Source: Octopus bimaculoides
Taxonomy: Eukaryota
DNA: 64,000 nt
Assembly: GCF_001194135.2 (NCBI RefSeq)
Contig: NC_068981.1
Span: forward strand, 109,137,731-109,201,730
Direction of reading: 5' to 3'
A program made the position numbers and the translations under genes. Position 1 is the first letter of the stretch, and every line of letters starts with the position of its first letter. Positions 35,581 through 49,449 of this stretch are shown piece after piece. The notes beneath the pieces are model-generated. The model worked only from the letters and a program-made list of their open reading frames with translations, did no database searches and was not told where the DNA came from.

Positions 35581-36302
35581 CACAGGGATCTGAAGTAAAC
35601 AGTGGCATATCGATGGTTCAGAAGAATTTTTTGGTTTGAATCCTGATAAAGTTTGATAACTATATTCAAATGAATAAACACTTTCCTTATGTAACATTTC
35701 TTTCCATTCTGTTTGCAATTCTCGATGTTTTTCTTATCAAGTTGATACTTATTGATTTTTTTTTTTGTCAAGTTGATTTATCAATTAGACTACTTTCATA
35801 AAGTAGTCTGATTCCACAAAAATGTTTTAATATCTGTAAGCAAAATTTTGAAATAAATGTGAATATATGATAATATTTAACAAATATTAGTTACACTTAT
35901 GTTAAAAAGTGTTATGTAACTGCCTTGATTATAGGGCAACCTATCTGCAAGTCAACCAGAAATACCTACTTTGACAACTACAAACTAAGGGCACAACCTA
36001 TCCACTGGTAGAACCTGTCCACAAGTACATACAGTACTTTAACATAGAAAATTTGTATCATACAACTAAGGACAATCTCAGGTGGATTAACATCAAAAGG
36101 GTTGATGTAGACTATGATAAGCCTACTAATTCAACTGGTTTCCTAACAAACAGCATATTTAATAACATTATTTCTAAAAATAACCAGGTAAACTACTCTT
36201 GGTTTTAACATTTCCATATACATATTTTCCAATTTTCTATTTTTAACAGTATTAATAAAAATCTGATCACTTTGGAAAAGTTTTTAGATAGTCAGTTAAA
36301 CA

Positions 36303-36388
36303 ATGGGTATGTTCTTCACTTTATTCCTGAAACTCTGTAAAGAAAAGCATCTTAAGCCAGATTCTGAGCTTTTAGAAAGACTCCCACG
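36303..36388 (+). CDS. LRRC45: LRRC45 coding exon 1
   Basis: MGMFFTLFLKLCKEKHLKPDSELLERLP; donor CG|GTAAGT; start could be either ATG (36303 or 36309). Confidence 0.8.
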
Positions 36389-39300
36389 GTAAGTAACATT
36401 GTTTTTGTTTTAATCTTCCTTTAGTCTATTGTCTCTCTAAAGTTTGGAAAAAAATCAACTTTATCACATGTGTATATGAATATATTTTAAGATCCTGTGT
36501 CTATAAATTTGTTCTCCTGCATAAATATCTAATTTATCATGTTTTTAAGATTTTTATTCTGACATAATGTATCTAGGAATTCATTATCCACATCTTTCCT
36601 TTCATAAGATGGTAATGATATGTGAGAAATTTAGCTGCTAATTCTAACAGGTTAAGTAATGACATAAGGTGTTCCCCTATTGGCACTAGTTCGGTGTCAC
36701 ACTTTACATTGGGCTAACATATTGTTATTATCAAATATCACATTAACAAAAACTAAAATCAAACTAACACAATTATTATGCACTGTATCAATGTTTAAAA
36801 TATTTTCACTGTAAGCAAAAAGTTGTCACTGTTATTTTTGCCTTATAGAAATGACACCTTGTTGCTTGACTTGTCTCATATGAGTATCTGTGCTGACATG
36901 TGTGGTATCCTTGGCAAAGCTCTGTCTTTTGATGAAACTATCAATGAATTAAGATTCTCAGACTGTATGATATGTCCAGAAGGTATAACATTCTATCATT
37001 TTTCTCTTTACCTAGCTGCATTTTAAATCATTATGGTTTACTGTATCCCATAGTCTTGACTAACAGCATCAGAGCATCACAATAACGTTTGTGTATTGCA
37101 TTTTTCTTTTATTATTAAAAACAAAAACCATTTTATTGAACAAAGCTATCAATATATCTATTTGTTGTTCATAAATGTTTCTTAAAGAAAAGTATTGCTC
37201 ATATTTTACACACTTTTCTCATAGAAAGAATCATAAATACTCTTCCCTGTATTTTCATCTGTGTGTTTACATTAATGATTTTTATTTGTGTGTTTACACT
37301 AATATTACTAGCTCCACAAATTTTTAGTAGTAGTCTGTATCGAGCATTCTAAATATTTTTGATTTTATAAGAACCCTTTTTCAGCCACTTTATAACTGTT
37401 GAGTGATTCATGGTAGATAAGACATCATGTTGTTACAATTACTTCAACAATACATAAATGATAAAATTAACAAAAGCTCTTCCAGCCACAATAACTGGGA
37501 AACTGGGTCTAAAACTGTAAGAGATAATATTGGAGCAAAATAGGGTCAGTAGAGTTCTGTGAATAAACATTTTTGTTAATAAAACTTTACTCAATCTAAA
37601 TATGTGTAGTCATGTTAGTACTTAAAAACCATCCCAAATCATAATTCATTGTTTCCTTGTATTTCAGGAATGCAAGCAATTCTTCATGGATTGGCCTCCA
37701 ATACTTCTGTTAGAAAACTAAACCTAAAAGTAAGCTATTTTTATGTTCAAGAATTCTGTCAACAATTAGTCTCAATTCGTCTCTATGAGATAATACTAAC
37801 TACAAAACTATATAAATTGGTATAAAACACAGTTTCATACTAATTGCACATTAAAATATCTTCTGATTAGATATATAAATGATGACTTCTGCTTCTGCTT
37901 CAAACATTATCACTTGAGTTCACATTATCTTTATAAAGCAGTGTCATATCTTTGAGTATGGAAATATAGTAAAGCCGAAATCATAAAAAAAGTAGACTTG
38001 AATATTATTTAAAATATAAATGGCATATATTTAACAACAGTTTGTGAATGCAAAGCTATAAAATAGCTGGAGATAATATAGAAGTTTATGAACAGTGTAC
38101 CCTGTTTTAGAAAGTTCTGTTTCTTAAAGAGCAAAAACTCATAAGCTACAACACCGCACCACATACAATTATGCTCTGCATATGAGATGTACTCTGTTAT
38201 CCCCAACTAGATGGCTGTATAGCATATCTGGAGCTATGATCTGTTAATTGCACATTGTTATTCAGCCAGTTAGCTACATGCTTTAGATCTGCTTAATCAA
38301 GAATGAATTTAGACTCATCGATCACATAACAAAATGTTATGTAGCTTAACATAACTGAGGAAACTATATCAATCTGATGCAAACTGTATATAAAAACTAT
38401 TACATAGACACACCCAACACATTTTATAAAAAATTAAAACAAGTGAGACACAACATATAGATATTGAAGAATATTTAGTCACTAAAAGGGAAAAATTGCA
38501 ACAATATAAATTGGATAATTCCAGCTGATATACTTAATGTAAGTGAGTCAAAAGTAATCCTTAACCAATTGAAATAAAATCCATGAAAAGGAATATCATT
38601 AATGTTAATAATTTTCCTTGTCAGGAAAGGCAGGTGAGAGACATCTCAAATTTAAATTATTTAAAAATCATGTAGGGGTATCCAAAAGTAACCAGAAGCA
38701 TTCTCTGTGGGACAAATCTGTTGTAGTTCAGGCTTCCACCACTAGAAGCCACTTAATGCAGCTATGAGGTACCAGTCTGCCAACCGACGGTGTCAGGTGT
38801 AGTCCTACTGCCACGTGGTGCATCTTTGTTTTGCAGTGCTTGTCCCCTGTTCATCAATTTTTGCAATGGCTGAAACAAAACAACAGTGTGCTTCTGTGAA
38901 ATTCTGTTTTCTGCTGGGGAAAACAGCAGCTGAAACATTTGTCATGCTTTAAACAGCTTACAAGGATGCTGTCATGAGCAAAACACAAGTTTATGAGTGG
39001 TTTCCATGCTTTAGGAATGGTCACTTGTCACTCGAAGACCAAACTCATTCAGGACGACTGTTGACCTCCCAAACGAATGAAAACATGAAAATTCATGAAC
39101 TGATCTTGGAGGACTGTCACCAAACAATTGATGAACTTGTTGATATGACTGGTGTGCCCTGGAGCTCCTGCCAACAAATTTTGAATGAGGAATTGCGAAT
39201 GAAAAATTTGTGCCTCACCTGCTCACAGATCAAAAGCAGTCATGACTGAATTCATGCTGTGAACTGAAAGAACAGTTGGAGGTTGATCTGGGCCTTTTTT

Positions 39301-40147
39301 GAAGGTCATCACTGGTGACGAAAGCTGGTGTTATGGAATTTGAAGATATAGCGTGATGGAGGAAAAAGACAACAGAAAAAGAAGCAAAAGGGAGAAAGAA
39401 ATACAGCAACCTTACCTGTTGACCGTGGCGGGATGAGCAATCACTGACCAGATCAAAACATGACCTTTCACATGCGCCGTCTCTGCTCGAACTGCCCGCG
39501 CATGCTCGGTGTCCACACATGCCACTGTCGCTCTTCGCTGGCCCCAGCAGTCTTCACTTCTGTTTGCCTCATCACAGCCCATAACACCACAAACACCACA
39601 GAAGATGAAGAAAAAGTGAAGAAAAAAATGATGGAGGTGTTGAAAAGCATCACTTTGCAGGAGTTTCAGCACTGCTTCAAATCATGGAAAATGCATTTGG
39701 ACCGATGCATTGCTTCAAATAGAGAATACTTTGAAGGCAATAAAAGTGTAAACATGTAAAACTAAATGAATAAAATAATATCACAAAATTCCGGTTCCTT
39801 TTGGGTACCCTCTCATATATGGAGATAAGCAGTGAAGAGTAAATCTGATTTTTGGTGCCATATCAATTCAGGACATGTTTTAGTATTATTAAACCTCATC
39901 AGTGAAATACACTTTAATATATACTCATTAGATCATAGAATAACTGAAAGGATATAGTTCTTTTGTGAAGATAATACACTGATTTACATACTTAAATTGA
40001 TGACACTGGGACATTTCCTAAGAGTGTTTTCTACATGAAAAACATATAAAGTGCAGTCTAACATACTTCATGTAGTGAACCAAAACTAATTTTTAACCAA
40101 TTGAAATTAAACCTGTAATGAGAAGGAATCTTTGTAGCACCTTCATG

Positions 40148-40213
<66 letters not shown>

Positions 40214-43200
40214 CATTATACTGCAACTTCTAATGCCATCCTCTCACAACAATAAACTCATTCTGCCCAGTATACTGTAAGGTGGAACAAAAAAGCACCC
40301 ATTAACATATAAGATAATATCAAAAAGTTTCTGAATTAGTTCTGTAATATGCCAACGGATGGCAGCACACAGTTGCCTGCACAGTGAGACCTAGCAAAGA
40401 CCTTGATGAGGCAGTGTGCTGAGTGGCATCACTGTTTACTTCACAAGATTTGTGTTTTTGTGATCACATGTATGCTATAGTCTGTAATTTTTGTCATGGA
40501 TAGGAAGTTGGAACAAAGAGCCAGAGTGAAATTTTAAAATTGTGAAATCTGCTACAGAAACATTGAGCATGTTTCAGCAAACTTATGGCGACAAGGCAAT
40601 GGGTGGTATGCAATGTTTTGAGTGGCACAAGCACTTCAAAGGCATTTGAGGGAGGACATTTGATGAAAGCGACCAGATCTGCAGAACTGGATTCTTCACA
40701 ACAACAATGCACCCTGTCACCAAGCTCTCCTCGCTCGTGAGTTTCTTGCCAAAAACAACATGGTATCACTTCCACACCCACCCTATTCACCAGATTTAGA
40801 ATCTATGGACTTTCATCTTTTGCCCAAGATGAAAATGCAGCTAAAAGTCAGTTTTAACACCGTTGTCATGATCAAAAGTGAATTGCTGAAAGTCCTCAAC
40901 TCATGAAAAATGAATTTTAGGCCAGATTCCAAAAATGGCAAGAACCCTTGAACCAGTAAATTGCTGCAAGGGATAATGTTAAAACTTAGGTACATAAGTT
41001 ATTTTTTATTAAACATAACTAGTCTGGGAATTTTTTGATACCACCTTATATATATCTTTATACTCCTTTATGCTATAAATTAACAGATATGGTATTAATG
41101 TAATCAATAGTAAACATTTTAAGCAGTTAATTGAGACTTAAAAAACTACAGCAGACTCATTGACTGAACTTGAACTATGTATGTATCTCTTGCTTAGTAA
41201 GAACTACAACTACAGTTACACATGCTAGCTTGATTTCTCAAATTAGGTATTTGATTGTCGTATTCAATCTCTACAAGTATCTCACTTGTTTCTCAGATAA
41301 AGTCATCAACCACTTAGCATTATTTTTATTCATTTTTATTTTAATTAGGGATCATAATGTTTAATAATTTAAAATGAACATACATTCCTATATGTACATA
41401 AAAAAAGACATTGAAAAGCATACATCTTAAGCTGAAAGTAGTTACTAAAACTAGTCTATTAAGCTGTCTACTTTTTTTATTATTATTTGTTACTGTTTGT
41501 CTTTTGTCTTTACAGGGAAATCAAATAAGAGGTAACACTGTTGAAAGTTTGGGATACTTGCTTCGAAACAACAACTATTTGACCAGGTAAATTTTCTTTT
41601 TCTGTTTGATTACTCATTAACCCTTTTACTGACTATAGGAATATAAGAAACAAAGAAAATTCTATAACTATTGAATTGTTGCTCTCTACTTTTTGAACTA
41701 ACAGTAGTACTTTTGAACCTTGTTTTTACTTAAATATCAGTTAGATGGTGGCTGCATTTCCAAGAGTGATTAAAGTATGTGCGCTTTCTCCATTCATCTG
41801 TAAACAGGTATCTTTTGTCAGATAACTGATATGTAACTGTTTGATTATTATAATTAATGTGCTCAGCTATGCACACTTTCTGTGGATTGGTGCTGCTGGT
41901 TAGAGAAGTGTTTTCCAAATCCTTAATGTTGTGCAAACTGGCCTATCTCACATCTGGCAGGAAATGCATGAGGCAAGAGGCATACAAAAAATCTGTACAT
42001 ATTAGGTTCAGTTTAAAATGCTATTCCTAAGCCATATATCCATCTCTTACCCTGGTATCTTATATATTCCGTCCTCATGACTTATCTTGAATTTTAGAAT
42101 TAAAGTATTTCAGTTTTTTTCTTAAACACATATTCATTTAGATATGGAGATAATAAAATTGCAAAATTATATTCCCAGGGTCAAGTTAGAATATTCTCAT
42201 AGCTAAAAAACGAAGTCTTAAAAATCACATTGTAAAGATTAGGTTCCAATGATTTATTAGAGTTAATCTGTAGTCAAGGAGCCAAATTCTTATTTATTGA
42301 CTTAATATTTGATTTACTACATATTTTTAGGACATTCTTGGAAAATTAAAGCTCAGCACAATACCTAACACCTCTATCCACTCACAAAGATCAGATTGAA
42401 ATAAAAGCAGAATTCACTGTGGCTCTGTTTTATTGTAATGATCTGGCTAGGAATATACAATGTATTTCTGGTCAAAATAACAGCAGAATAGGTGTTCATG
42501 AATAACACTGCATTCCATAGTATTTCACCAGCATTAAACCAGTTTAAGAGATGAAAGAATTGAAAAATTGTATATGTATCACTCCATCCATTTGTAGTAA
42601 GATTTACAAAGGACAAACTGTATGACCCCTAATTATTAAATACGTCACATTAGATTCTGGTTGGAGCTAAGGTAATGCAGTCTAAAGTGTTATGCTGTGA
42701 AAACAGAAAGCATTTGCTATTTTGGGATAAGTTTCATTATAGACAAAAAACTGCTGAAAATAAGAGGCAGTGACTCAAATCAGTCAAACCTAGTATCATG
42801 TTCAGCCAAATATAGTGACTACTAATGAAAATCAATTTAGATGTTCCTTAAATTGACGTAAATTTTGAACTATTTACTTGACATGTTTTAAATAAACCAT
42901 TAAAAAATATTGATTTTAAAAGAAAACAAAAATTGGGTAGTATGAAAATTGTTTTCTTATTATTAACAGTAAAGTATTTTAAATGATAAAACATATTTAG
43001 CTTCTTAATTTAGTCCACAGCAAAGACACAGACAGCAGTTGAAAACTCTGTCCGTAGACAATTTCTGTAAGTTATGGTAAAGCTTGAAGAAAAATTGACT
43101 AAATCAGAACTGGTTGAAACTACTAAAATAACAACAATAATTTGTAGCCTATTTAATAAAAGGTTCATCATTTCACGAAAATTAGATAATTTATTGTCAT

Positions 43201-46200
43201 AATTTTAGCTAGCATCATCCTTACTGCAGCCACCATCAACATTTCCATCAGTTTCACAGCCATTGTCATCTTCACTAGCAGCACCAATAAGAAATATATG
43301 TAATGGTAGTATGACAGCCTGATGTAAACACTGTAATTATTTAAACAGTTTGTGTTAAGCATTACTTTGTTATTTACTAAATGAATTTTATATCCTCCTG
43401 CATCAAGTCTTTGTCTTGAATGGAATGACCTTGGCATACTGGAAACACCATTCATTGTATTTTGTGATGGTCTTCAAGCTAACTGCAACCTCAAGCGACT
43501 TGATATCAGAAATAACCAGGTCACCCACCATGGAACCAAACAGCTGGCAGAAGCATTATCAACAAACAAGACCCTTCAAGTCATTGGTAAGTAATTATCA
43601 TTAACATTTAAGTAATTTAATTATTATTTGAATAACTATAATCATCATTTAAATAATGTTAGTATTCAATTCAGCAATCATAGATATCATTTGTGTAATT
43701 ATAATTATCATTTAATTATCATTAAGTAGTTATGATGGGGTTTATCTCCTATGTAATGTAGTGGTTATGTAGCACATAAAATGATAGTGAAGTGTTTGCA
43801 GGTTGAAGGCTATTGTAAGTTTATGAGTTCTACTGTCCTCCATCCCAGGGTCTCAAGGGCCCACACCTCCCACACCCTCAGAGGTAGCAAAAGTAGGTCT
43901 GGTGAGATTGTTGTTATGCTTGAACAGAGACATATAAACTATAAGAGAAATTACCTATAACAGGTAACTTCTACATGCCTAGTAAATTACTTTATTTACT
44001 AAAAAATTCGAAACCTATAGGTCTAACCGTTAAAAATAAGGTAAAAGTTTTTATTTTTTTCTTCCCTTTGAAATGTTTCACTTTGTGGTTTTCAGTCATT
44101 TATGACTGTTTTCTGGCGTTTAGAAGTTACCTGTTATGGGTAATTTCTCTTATACTTTATATGGAATATGTTGTCTATTGACTTTTTTACATGCTAGGCC
44201 ACTGGTAGTATAACTCTGTATGGTTTTTGCTACCCTTTTATATATATACTTGAACAGAGACATGTAGATTCGTGCTGCATCCAAGAAGTAAGGTGGAGAG
44301 GAAGTTCTGCTAGGTTCCTCACATGCAAAGAACATAGGTATAAGATTTTCTGGTCAGGGAACACTGACGGGGTCAGGTGTGTGGGTATACTTCTTGTGGA
44401 GAAATGATTTGATAAGATAATTGAAGTAGTCAGAGTCTGTGATAGAATACTTAAGATTAGATTAGTGTTGCAACATGGGTTAGCAACCATTATCTTGGCT
44501 TATGCCCCTCAGCCAAGGCTACCTGATGAACAGAAAGACTGATTTTATGACACCCTCTTGCAGACTACCTCATTGATGAATGACAGGGACCTTCACTTTG
44601 TGGCTGGCAACATCAATGGGCATGTTGGACAACATGCAAGGGGCTTCCTTGGCATACATGGAGGCTATGGTTTTGATTCCCCCAATGAGGAGGGGACCAG
44701 GCTGCTGGAGTTCTGCAATGCAAATGTTATCGGTTGTAATACTAACTTCAGGAAACCTGCCAGTCACCTATTCACCTACCGATCTGGTGGACACACTAAT
44801 CAAATTGACTACATCCTCACCAGGAAACGGGAAGGATGCCTACTTATAAATGTCAAAAACCTTCCCAGGTGAAGAATGCACCCCGCAACATTGATTAGTA
44901 GTTAACAACTTCAGGATCAGGGCTAGATGGATGCCCAGAAGACAACCAGCATAGAAGTCTGGAAGCTTAAGGATCTCGCAAATGGACAGAGATTTAGAGA
45001 CATATTACTTGAAGCTTTTGACAAAATAGAGGAGGATATGGCATCACATGATGTGGAAGACAACTGGAGGTTCCTGTAGGACAACCTGTTGAGGGTTACT
45101 GACCAGATCTGTGGATGGTGCAAAATCCCCTCATAATCCAAAGTAACGTGGTGGTGGAACAATGTAGTTGACAGGGCCATTAAGGAAAAGAAACAGGCAT
45201 GGAAGGACTGGAAGAACAGTGGTAGCAGGAAATTGCATCAAATTGCCAAAAGGGAAGCTATGAGACAGGTTTACTTAGCCAGAGGGGAAGCAGATAAGAA
45301 AAAAATTACCAATATTCTGCATCATGAGGACCAGAGACTTGAAGTGTTTCTTGTTGCAAGACAGTGTGTGAGAGAGAATCATGATATCATAGGAGAGAAG
45401 TGTGTCCGCATGGATGATGGCTCACTTGCATTTAATGAGAGAGACTTAGAGATACCACTATGAAAGGTTGCTAAATGAAGAGAATGAATGGGAGAAAGAG
45501 AGTCTGCTGAATGTTGACCTAACAGAGGGACCAGATATCCTAATTGGCAGTACCTTGGTAGATAAAGCAATTAAGGGTATGAAGACAGGGAAAGCCTCTG
45601 GTCCATCAGGAATCATTGCAGAGATGCTTAAAATATCTGGCAGTGTCAGCTATAGTCTAGTCACCCGTATTACGAACCAGGATATGAAAGAGTCATACCC
45701 AAAGACTGGTGTAGCAGCACCATAGTAAACTGCTACATTAGGTACGAATAATTACAGAGGTATCAAGTTGTTGGATCAGGTAATGAAAGTCGTGGAGAGG
45801 GTCATAGCCCAACAAATAAGGGAGAGAGTTAGTTTACATGAGATGCAGTTTGAGTTTGTGCCAGGGAAAAGCATCACTGATGCTATATTTCTGGTAAGAC
45901 AGCTGCAGGAGAAATACCTAGCCAAGGATAAACCTCTGTCCCTGGCTTTCATTGACATGGAGAAAGCCTTTGACAGGGTCCTCCAATCCGTTATCAGGTG
46001 GTCAGTGTGGAAACTAGGAATAGATGAGTGGTTAGTGAGAGCCATACAAGCCATGTATAGGAATGCTGTCAGTAAGGTGAGGGTTGGCAATGAGTATAGT
46101 GAAGAATTCCAGGTAGGGGTAGGGGTCCACCAAGTATCAGTCCTCAGCCCCTTCTTATTCATCATAGTCCTCCAGGCAATTCAAGACAGGATGCCCCTGG

Positions 46201-48699
46201 GAGCTTCTCTATGCTGATGTCCTTGCTCTAATAGCTGAGTCACTATGAGAACTAGAGGAGAAGTTTCAGGTGTGGAAACAAAAACCAAAGTCTTAATAAG
46301 TAGGAAGGCAGACAAATCACAAACCCCTTCAGGTAGATGGCCCTGCTTGATCTGTAGAAAAGGCGTAGGTAGAAATTTCATATGATGTACTCGGTGTAAG
46401 CTATGGACACATAAGAGGTGCAGCAATATCAAAGGAAGGCTAACTGAGAAGATAGTTTTTGTGTGTGGCAAATGCTCAGGTGCAATAAACACTGAAAATG
46501 TGTAGAAGACAGCTTCCGTCACATGCCAGGGGGAAAAACTATAAGTAGTTGATAGCTTACATTACCTAGGTGACCAAGTCAGTAGTGAGGGTGGATGATC
46601 TGAGAGTGTAGCTGCTAGAATAAGAATAGCCTGGGCAAAGTTCAGAGAGCTCCTACCTCTGCTGGTGACAATGGGCCTCTCACTCAGAGTAAAAAGTAGA
46701 CTGTATGACACTTGCGTGCAAACAGCCATGTTACATAGCAGTGAAACATGGGCCGTGACTGCTGAGGACATGCGCAAGGAATGAAGCTAGTGTGCTCCAT
46801 TGGATGTGTAATGTCAGTGTGCATACATGACAGAGTGTAAGCACTCTGAGACATAAAAAGCATCAGATGTAATGTACAAGAGAGACGACTGTGCTGTTAT
46901 GGTCATGTGTTGTGTATGGATGAAGACAGCTATGTGAAAAAGTGTCACACCCTAGCAGAAGAGGGAACCTGTGAAAGAGGTAGACCGTGGTGAAGCACAA
47001 CCTTTGAACGTAGGGCCTCACGGAGGCAATGGACAAGTGACTGAGACCTTTTGAGATATGCTGTGCTTAAGAAGACCCGGCAAGCTAAGTGAGACCATAA
47101 CCATAGCCTATGCCAGTGCAGCATAACCAGCCCATTTAAGAATACTCTTCAATCCTTGGGCAATAAACTGCGCTTGCGAAGACCTGTCGAGTCAAGTGAA
47201 GTCATTGTCGTGGCCAATGACTGTACTGCCTGACTGGCTCCCGTGTCGGTGGCACGTAAAAAGAACCATTCATGTGTGGTTGATGCCAGTACCACCTGAC
47301 TGGCCCTCGTGCTGGTGTCACATAAAAAGCACCCACTACACTCTCGGAGTGGTTGGCATTAGGAAGGGCATCCAGCTGTAGAAACTTTGCCAGATCAGAT
47401 TGGAGCCTAGTGCAGCCATCTGGCTTGCCAGCCCTCAATCAAACTGTCCAACCCATGCCAACATGGAAAGTGGACGTTAAACAACGATGATGGTGATGAT
47501 TAATGTGAAGCTGATGTGAGATAAATTTCACTGGGGATATGACATAAGTCTCTTGCAATTAACTTCCTAAAAAATTATTTTATAGCTTGCTAAATTAAAG
47601 AAAGTGCAGTGAATATCAGGTCCAGCCTTAATATACACGACAATGAAAAAGAATATATATATTCTGCTTCAGTATCTTGTATAGCTGGATAGTGTTGTAC
47701 TACATTGGATAGCTTGACAAATACAAAGGAAGTAACTTAGTGGACAAAAGTAAAGTACTGGAAGTTGAAGCTAGAATCCTTTATCCACTTTCCAGCAAAC
47801 AGGAAGATTCTATGAGTGGTGAATGAGAATGGACAGTTCAATGTAAATATGTTGTAGCAATCTCTAAATAAGGTTTCAGAATCATTTAGTTAAGTTTGAA
47901 ACTAATTTGTGTGCTTATTCTGAGTATGAATTTATTTTGTTAGCTTCATTTCTATTGACACCACTCATCTAAGCTTTCACAGATTTTAGAAATTGAATAA
48001 TTCATGGATGCCAACTGCATAATAAAGAGGAGGGATATAACTGTCAGTATATGTAATGTATGGTGCAATAAAAAGTTTAATGAGGAATGAGAAAATAATA
48101 AAATTAGTCATATACAAAATATTGGTTTAAAATTTTGACACAAGGCCAGAAATTTTGTAAGAGGGGTTAAATCCCCAGTTCTCAACTGCTACTTATTTTA
48201 TCAACTCTGAAAGGATGAAAGGCAAAGTCACCCTTGAATTCAGGACATAAAAATGGACGAAATGTCACCAAGCATTTTGCCCACATGCTTGCAATCCTGC
48301 CAGCTTGCCACCTTAGTCAATTACAAAATATTACTCATCAAATAATGTTTTCATTGAAAGAAACATGCTGGGAATCTTTTTCCATACTTATGACAAAATA
48401 ATAGTTGTCCACTTATGTTTTTTCTTGCCACATATTTAATTCTACCTTAGCTTTTATGCATGCTGATGCTCATTTTTAAAGATTTTTATAACTAAGAGTA
48501 CTTTATAGTTTTTCATTAAATAACTGAATCTAATTAGTAAGAGAGGCGTAATATTGTTGAGAATATGAATCAACTTTTTAATGCAAGGTCATTATTTATG
48601 TATAGCTGGCCCCATGCTGTCAAAAATGACAGTTAATTGTAGTATTCTATATATAAAAAGGATACAAACAGTGGAAAAATAAAATCAAACAGCCCTTCA

Positions 48700-48734
<35 letters not shown>

Positions 48735-49391
48735 ATTTATATGTATGAGTAGCACAGTCTGTAGTGAATGCAGTTGTTTTCTATTCTTTGTCACAGCCCC
48801 CTTCCTTCCTTTTTAAGTGTGTCTGTTTATATATATGTATGTGTAAATGCATGTGTGTCTGTAATTCTATTTTCTATGTATCTTTCTAAACAAACATACA
48901 TGAACACATATACACTCACTCAAATATATATAAATATATTTTACACATACACACACACACTAATACAACACACAAACATCCACATAATAATGACAACCAA
49001 TGTGTGTAAGCCAATCCACTATACATATACACACACAGACACCTTTCAGTTTGTCATCACCCCTTCCTTCATCAGTCATCTCTTGTGATGGACAAAAACA
49101 CAAGAGAATTATATATTAGTAGATTCTTTTACAGCTATTCTGCTGTTCCTATATTCTACTTACCTCCAGTTATTTTATGAAAATATTTACTGATCTAAAT
49201 TAGTAGTTGACTTGTTAAAATGTAGACTTGTTAAAATACACTAAAAATTCTTGGGGAAATACCAAAATTTGTAAAACCATCTGACTCATAGAAAAATTGA
49301 TACAAACACATAGAGAATCTCCACTAAGTATACATATTTAATAATAATAATAATAATGATGATGATAATAATAATAGTAGTAGTAGTAGTA

Positions 49392-49449
<58 letters not shown>

